64,000 nt of DNA, taken from an uncultured Verrucomicrobiae bacterium. GTDB taxonomy: Bacteria; Verrucomicrobiota; Verrucomicrobiia; Palsa-1439. Numbering within the stretch: position 1 is the first letter of the stretch; each line of letters starts with the position of its first letter. The position numbers and the translations under genes were made by a program. Where the stretch lies: positions 320,001 to 384,000 of the forward strand of contig CAWEWF010000006.1 of assembly GCA_963812605.1 (NCBI GenBank), in the 5' to 3' direction. The notes under the pieces are model-generated. The model worked only from the letters and a program-made list of their open reading frames with translations. It ran no database searches and was not told the origin of the DNA. Shown here piece after piece: positions 61,987 to 64,000 of the stretch.

Positions 61987-62940
61987 GGCCTGGCGCTCGG
62001 TCGTCGCGGCGAGCGCGGACTCGAGGGTGGCGAGGGCGCCCCGCAATTTGCCTTCCTTCAGGTAGATCGTTCCGAGAGTGTCGAGGTAGTACGCCTGGCG
62101 CGCTGGCCGCAAGCTGGCCGCCCGCTGACAGAGGTTGGCCGCCTCATCGAGATTGCTGCCCATCTCCGAATACGTGTAGGCGAGGTTATTCATGGCGTCC
62201 GCGTTTTCCGCATCGAGTTCCAGGGCGCGGATGAAAGCGCCCACCGCTTCGTGCAACCGCCGCTGCTTGAGCAACACGTTCCCCAGATTCATGCGAAAGT
62301 AGGAATTCTCGGGGTGCAACTGTGTGGCCGTGACATAGTGTTCGGTCGCCGCTCCGAGGAGGTTGGCGCGTTCGAAGAACAGGCCGAGATCGTTGTGCTC
62401 CTCGGCTGTCAAACGCCACGTCGCCTTCTCGGGCGGGCACACCAGCAATGTCCAATTACCCGCGCGGTCCCACCGGTTTTGGAAATCCTCGGCGCGCATC
62501 TCGTACCGCGGACGCGTATCGGAATGCACGGTCACCACCTGCCGGAACTTGTCCCAGCCGAGCACCACGAAGTAATGGGATTGGTCGCCGAATTTCCCGA
62601 GCACGAGCAGCGGGACACCGGCGTCGAGTTTCTGGCGGAGATCGTCGAGCGTGCCGTGATACTGGCGCACCCAAAGGTTGAAGCGGCGCGCGTAATCGCC
62701 GAGTTCGCTGGTGAGCGCCCCGCCAATGTCCGGCAGATAAATCGCGCTGGCGATCTCGTCCTGCGAAACCGGGTGGCCGTAGTAATTCGCCAGCATCGCC
62801 AGGGCCGCGGGGCCGCAATAGTTTGGTTTCTGCGCGATGAAAGGAACATCCAGGATGTCATCGACAGCCCGAGCGAAGGACGCGGCGGACAGGACGACCA
62901 AGAAACCTAGCAAGCGGATGGAATGGCGAGTTTTGAACAT
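61909..62940 (-). CDS. C39-like cysteine peptidase with TPR repeats (PA2778-like)
   Basis: VPFIAQKPNYCGPAALAM, HYFVVLGWD; TPRs HNDLG, MNLGN, MNNLAY, YLDTLG. Confidence 0.85.
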   Translation of the reverse strand: MFKTRHSIRLLGFLVVLSAASFARAVDDILDVPFIAQKPNYCGPAALAMLANYYGHPVSQDEIASAIYLPDIGGALTSELGDYARRFNLWVRQYHGTLDDLRQKLDAGVPLLVLGKFGDQSHYFVVLGWDKFRQVVTVHSDTRPRYEMRAEDFQNRWDRAGNWTLLVCPPEKATWRLTAEEHNDLGLFFERANLLGAATEHYVTATQLHPENSYFRMNLGNVLLKQRRLHEAVGAFIRALELDAENADAMNNLAYTYSEMGSNLDEAANLCQRAASLRPARQAYYLDTLGTIYLKEGKLRGALATLESALAATTERQALLRAGIEQHLATTRTLLTQQPLTEK

Positions 62941-63305
62941 CAGCCAATGCGGAAAGAGATGTCGCGAACCACTTTTTTACCGAGGCGCTGCTGCACTTTT
63001 TGAAGAATGAGCGGTTTGGAGTAGCGCGTGATTTCCTGCAGCCAAATGGGATGATCGCAGCCGACGACGAGCAGGCCGTTGCGGAGGCTGACCGGTTGCG
63101 CGTGGCGCGCGATGTCGCTGCCCACGATGGTGGGCCAAAGGTAGAAAACCTGGGATTGCTGGAGCCGCTCTTCGAGGCCGAGTTGTTTCATCACGAGCGG
63201 GACGATCTGGTTCGCGGAACTCGCCGACTTTTGACCATGCGCCTCGGAATCGCCGACGGATGGCCGCCATTCGTGGAGGACCTGTGCTCGCAAAGCGGGC
63301 GTCAT
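62940..63305 (-). CDS. DUF721/DciA family protein
   Basis: WPTIVGSDIARHAQPVSLRNGLLVV..WLQEI. Confidence 0.88.
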   Translation of the reverse strand: MTPALRAQVLHEWRPSVGDSEAHGQKSASSANQIVPLVMKQLGLEERLQQSQVFYLWPTIVGSDIARHAQPVSLRNGLLVVGCDHPIWLQEITRYSKPLILQKVQQRLGKKVVRDISFRIG

Positions 63306-63580
63306 TGCGCTTGCTGCGGAGATTGTTGCGCGGGGGTGATGGCGGCTTCCACGCCATCATTGCCGATGGCCTCGACGGGACAACCTTCCATGGCTTCCTT
63401 GCAAAGGGTTTCCTCATCGGGCGACGTCGGCTGCTTGTAGACAAAGCTGTAGCCGCCGTCTTCATTGCGCGTGAAATTATCCGGCGCCGTCTCGCGGCAC
63501 AGATCACAATCGATGCACTGGTCGTCCACGTAGAACTTCCCAGGCACGTTTTCCGGATACCGATTTGCAAATACAGCCAT
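63302..63580 (-). CDS. ferredoxin
   Basis: CIDCDLC..APDNF..CPVEAIG. Confidence 0.93.
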   Translation of the reverse strand: MAVFANRYPENVPGKFYVDDQCIDCDLCRETAPDNFTRNEDGGYSFVYKQPTSPDEETLCKEAMEGCPVEAIGNDGVEAAITPAQQSPQQAQ

Positions 63581-63714
63581 GTCCCCCCACTCTCCGTTAG
63601 CGCAGGAAGTATAACAGAGCGGAAAACTGATTCAACAGCATTCTTGTTGCTGAAGGATTGTTTCCTTCCCGATCCAGAAGTTTGGGCTTGTCGCGTCAGA
63701 ACCTCATCACTACC

Positions 63715-64000
63715 GTGGAATACATGGTTTCCATTAGCAAGAGACTGCTCGGACACCTGCATCCCTATTGGATTGCTCCGGCCACCCTTTATGTGCGCCA
63801 GCGTTGCGGTTGGGTTGAATTGCCACGAGCCGAGATTGCCGCCGTGAAAATTGAGAGCATCAGCAGGGTCGTAGTCCGGTTGTACAGCGGTCGCCGATAT
63901 GTCCTCAGTTTGTTCCGCTTTCCGAACTACGCTGTGGATGCCATATTCCGTGCATTGCGTGATACATTGCGCCAGAATGAACAGTCCAAGGGCTTGTGGA
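63715..64000 (+). CDS. hypothetical protein, runs off the window
   Basis: Open frame VEYMVSISKRLLGHLHPYW..YAVDAIFRALRD to the edge. Confidence 0.4.
   Translation, partial: MEYMVSISKRLLGHLHPYWIAPATLYVRQRCGWVELPRAEIAAVKIESISRVVVRLYSGRRYVLSLFRFPNYAVDAIFRALRDTLRQNEQSKGLW

Overview
GC-rich bacterial chromosomal window, most likely Verrucomicrobiota. This is inferred from a Verru_Chthon-type pseudopilin cassette, H-X9-DG prepilins, a PEP-CTERM protein and DUF5069. Core genes are def, iscA, fumC, a complete minus-strand nuoA-N operon (with a NuoE-F fusion), obgE, an RlmD-like methyltransferase, recD2, hemB, ptsN, lexA, mpl, an OGG-type glycosylase, a DciA/DUF721 protein, a ferredoxin and tRNA-Glu(CTC). 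Many genes, including essential ones, carry single-base frameshifts. These are probably long-read indel errors, so calls of pseudogenes or fusions are made cautiously. Six accessory features stand out. (1) A TGTCAYYCTGAGC..GCGAAG..TCTC palindromic repeat family, together with two GIY-YIG nucleases, has colonised nuo gene junctions. It brackets an HhH-GPD glycosylase gene with perfect 35-bp inverted repeats and supplies ATGA stop/start overlaps that appear to keep the operon translationally coupled. (2) REP-like palindromes are inserted inside coding regions (nuoL, hemB, a SAM-methyltransferase, an HI0933 flavoprotein, an MBL hydrolase). (3) An integrase-less attC cassette array continues into genes delimited by a second, different direct repeat. 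(4) An islet is flanked by a duplication of the hemB 3' end. (5) There is a candidate Rex operator at nuoA and an unusual candidate operator at lexA. (6) Leaderless promoter geometry recurs at many genes. All calls are by eye from the sequence; no database search was run.
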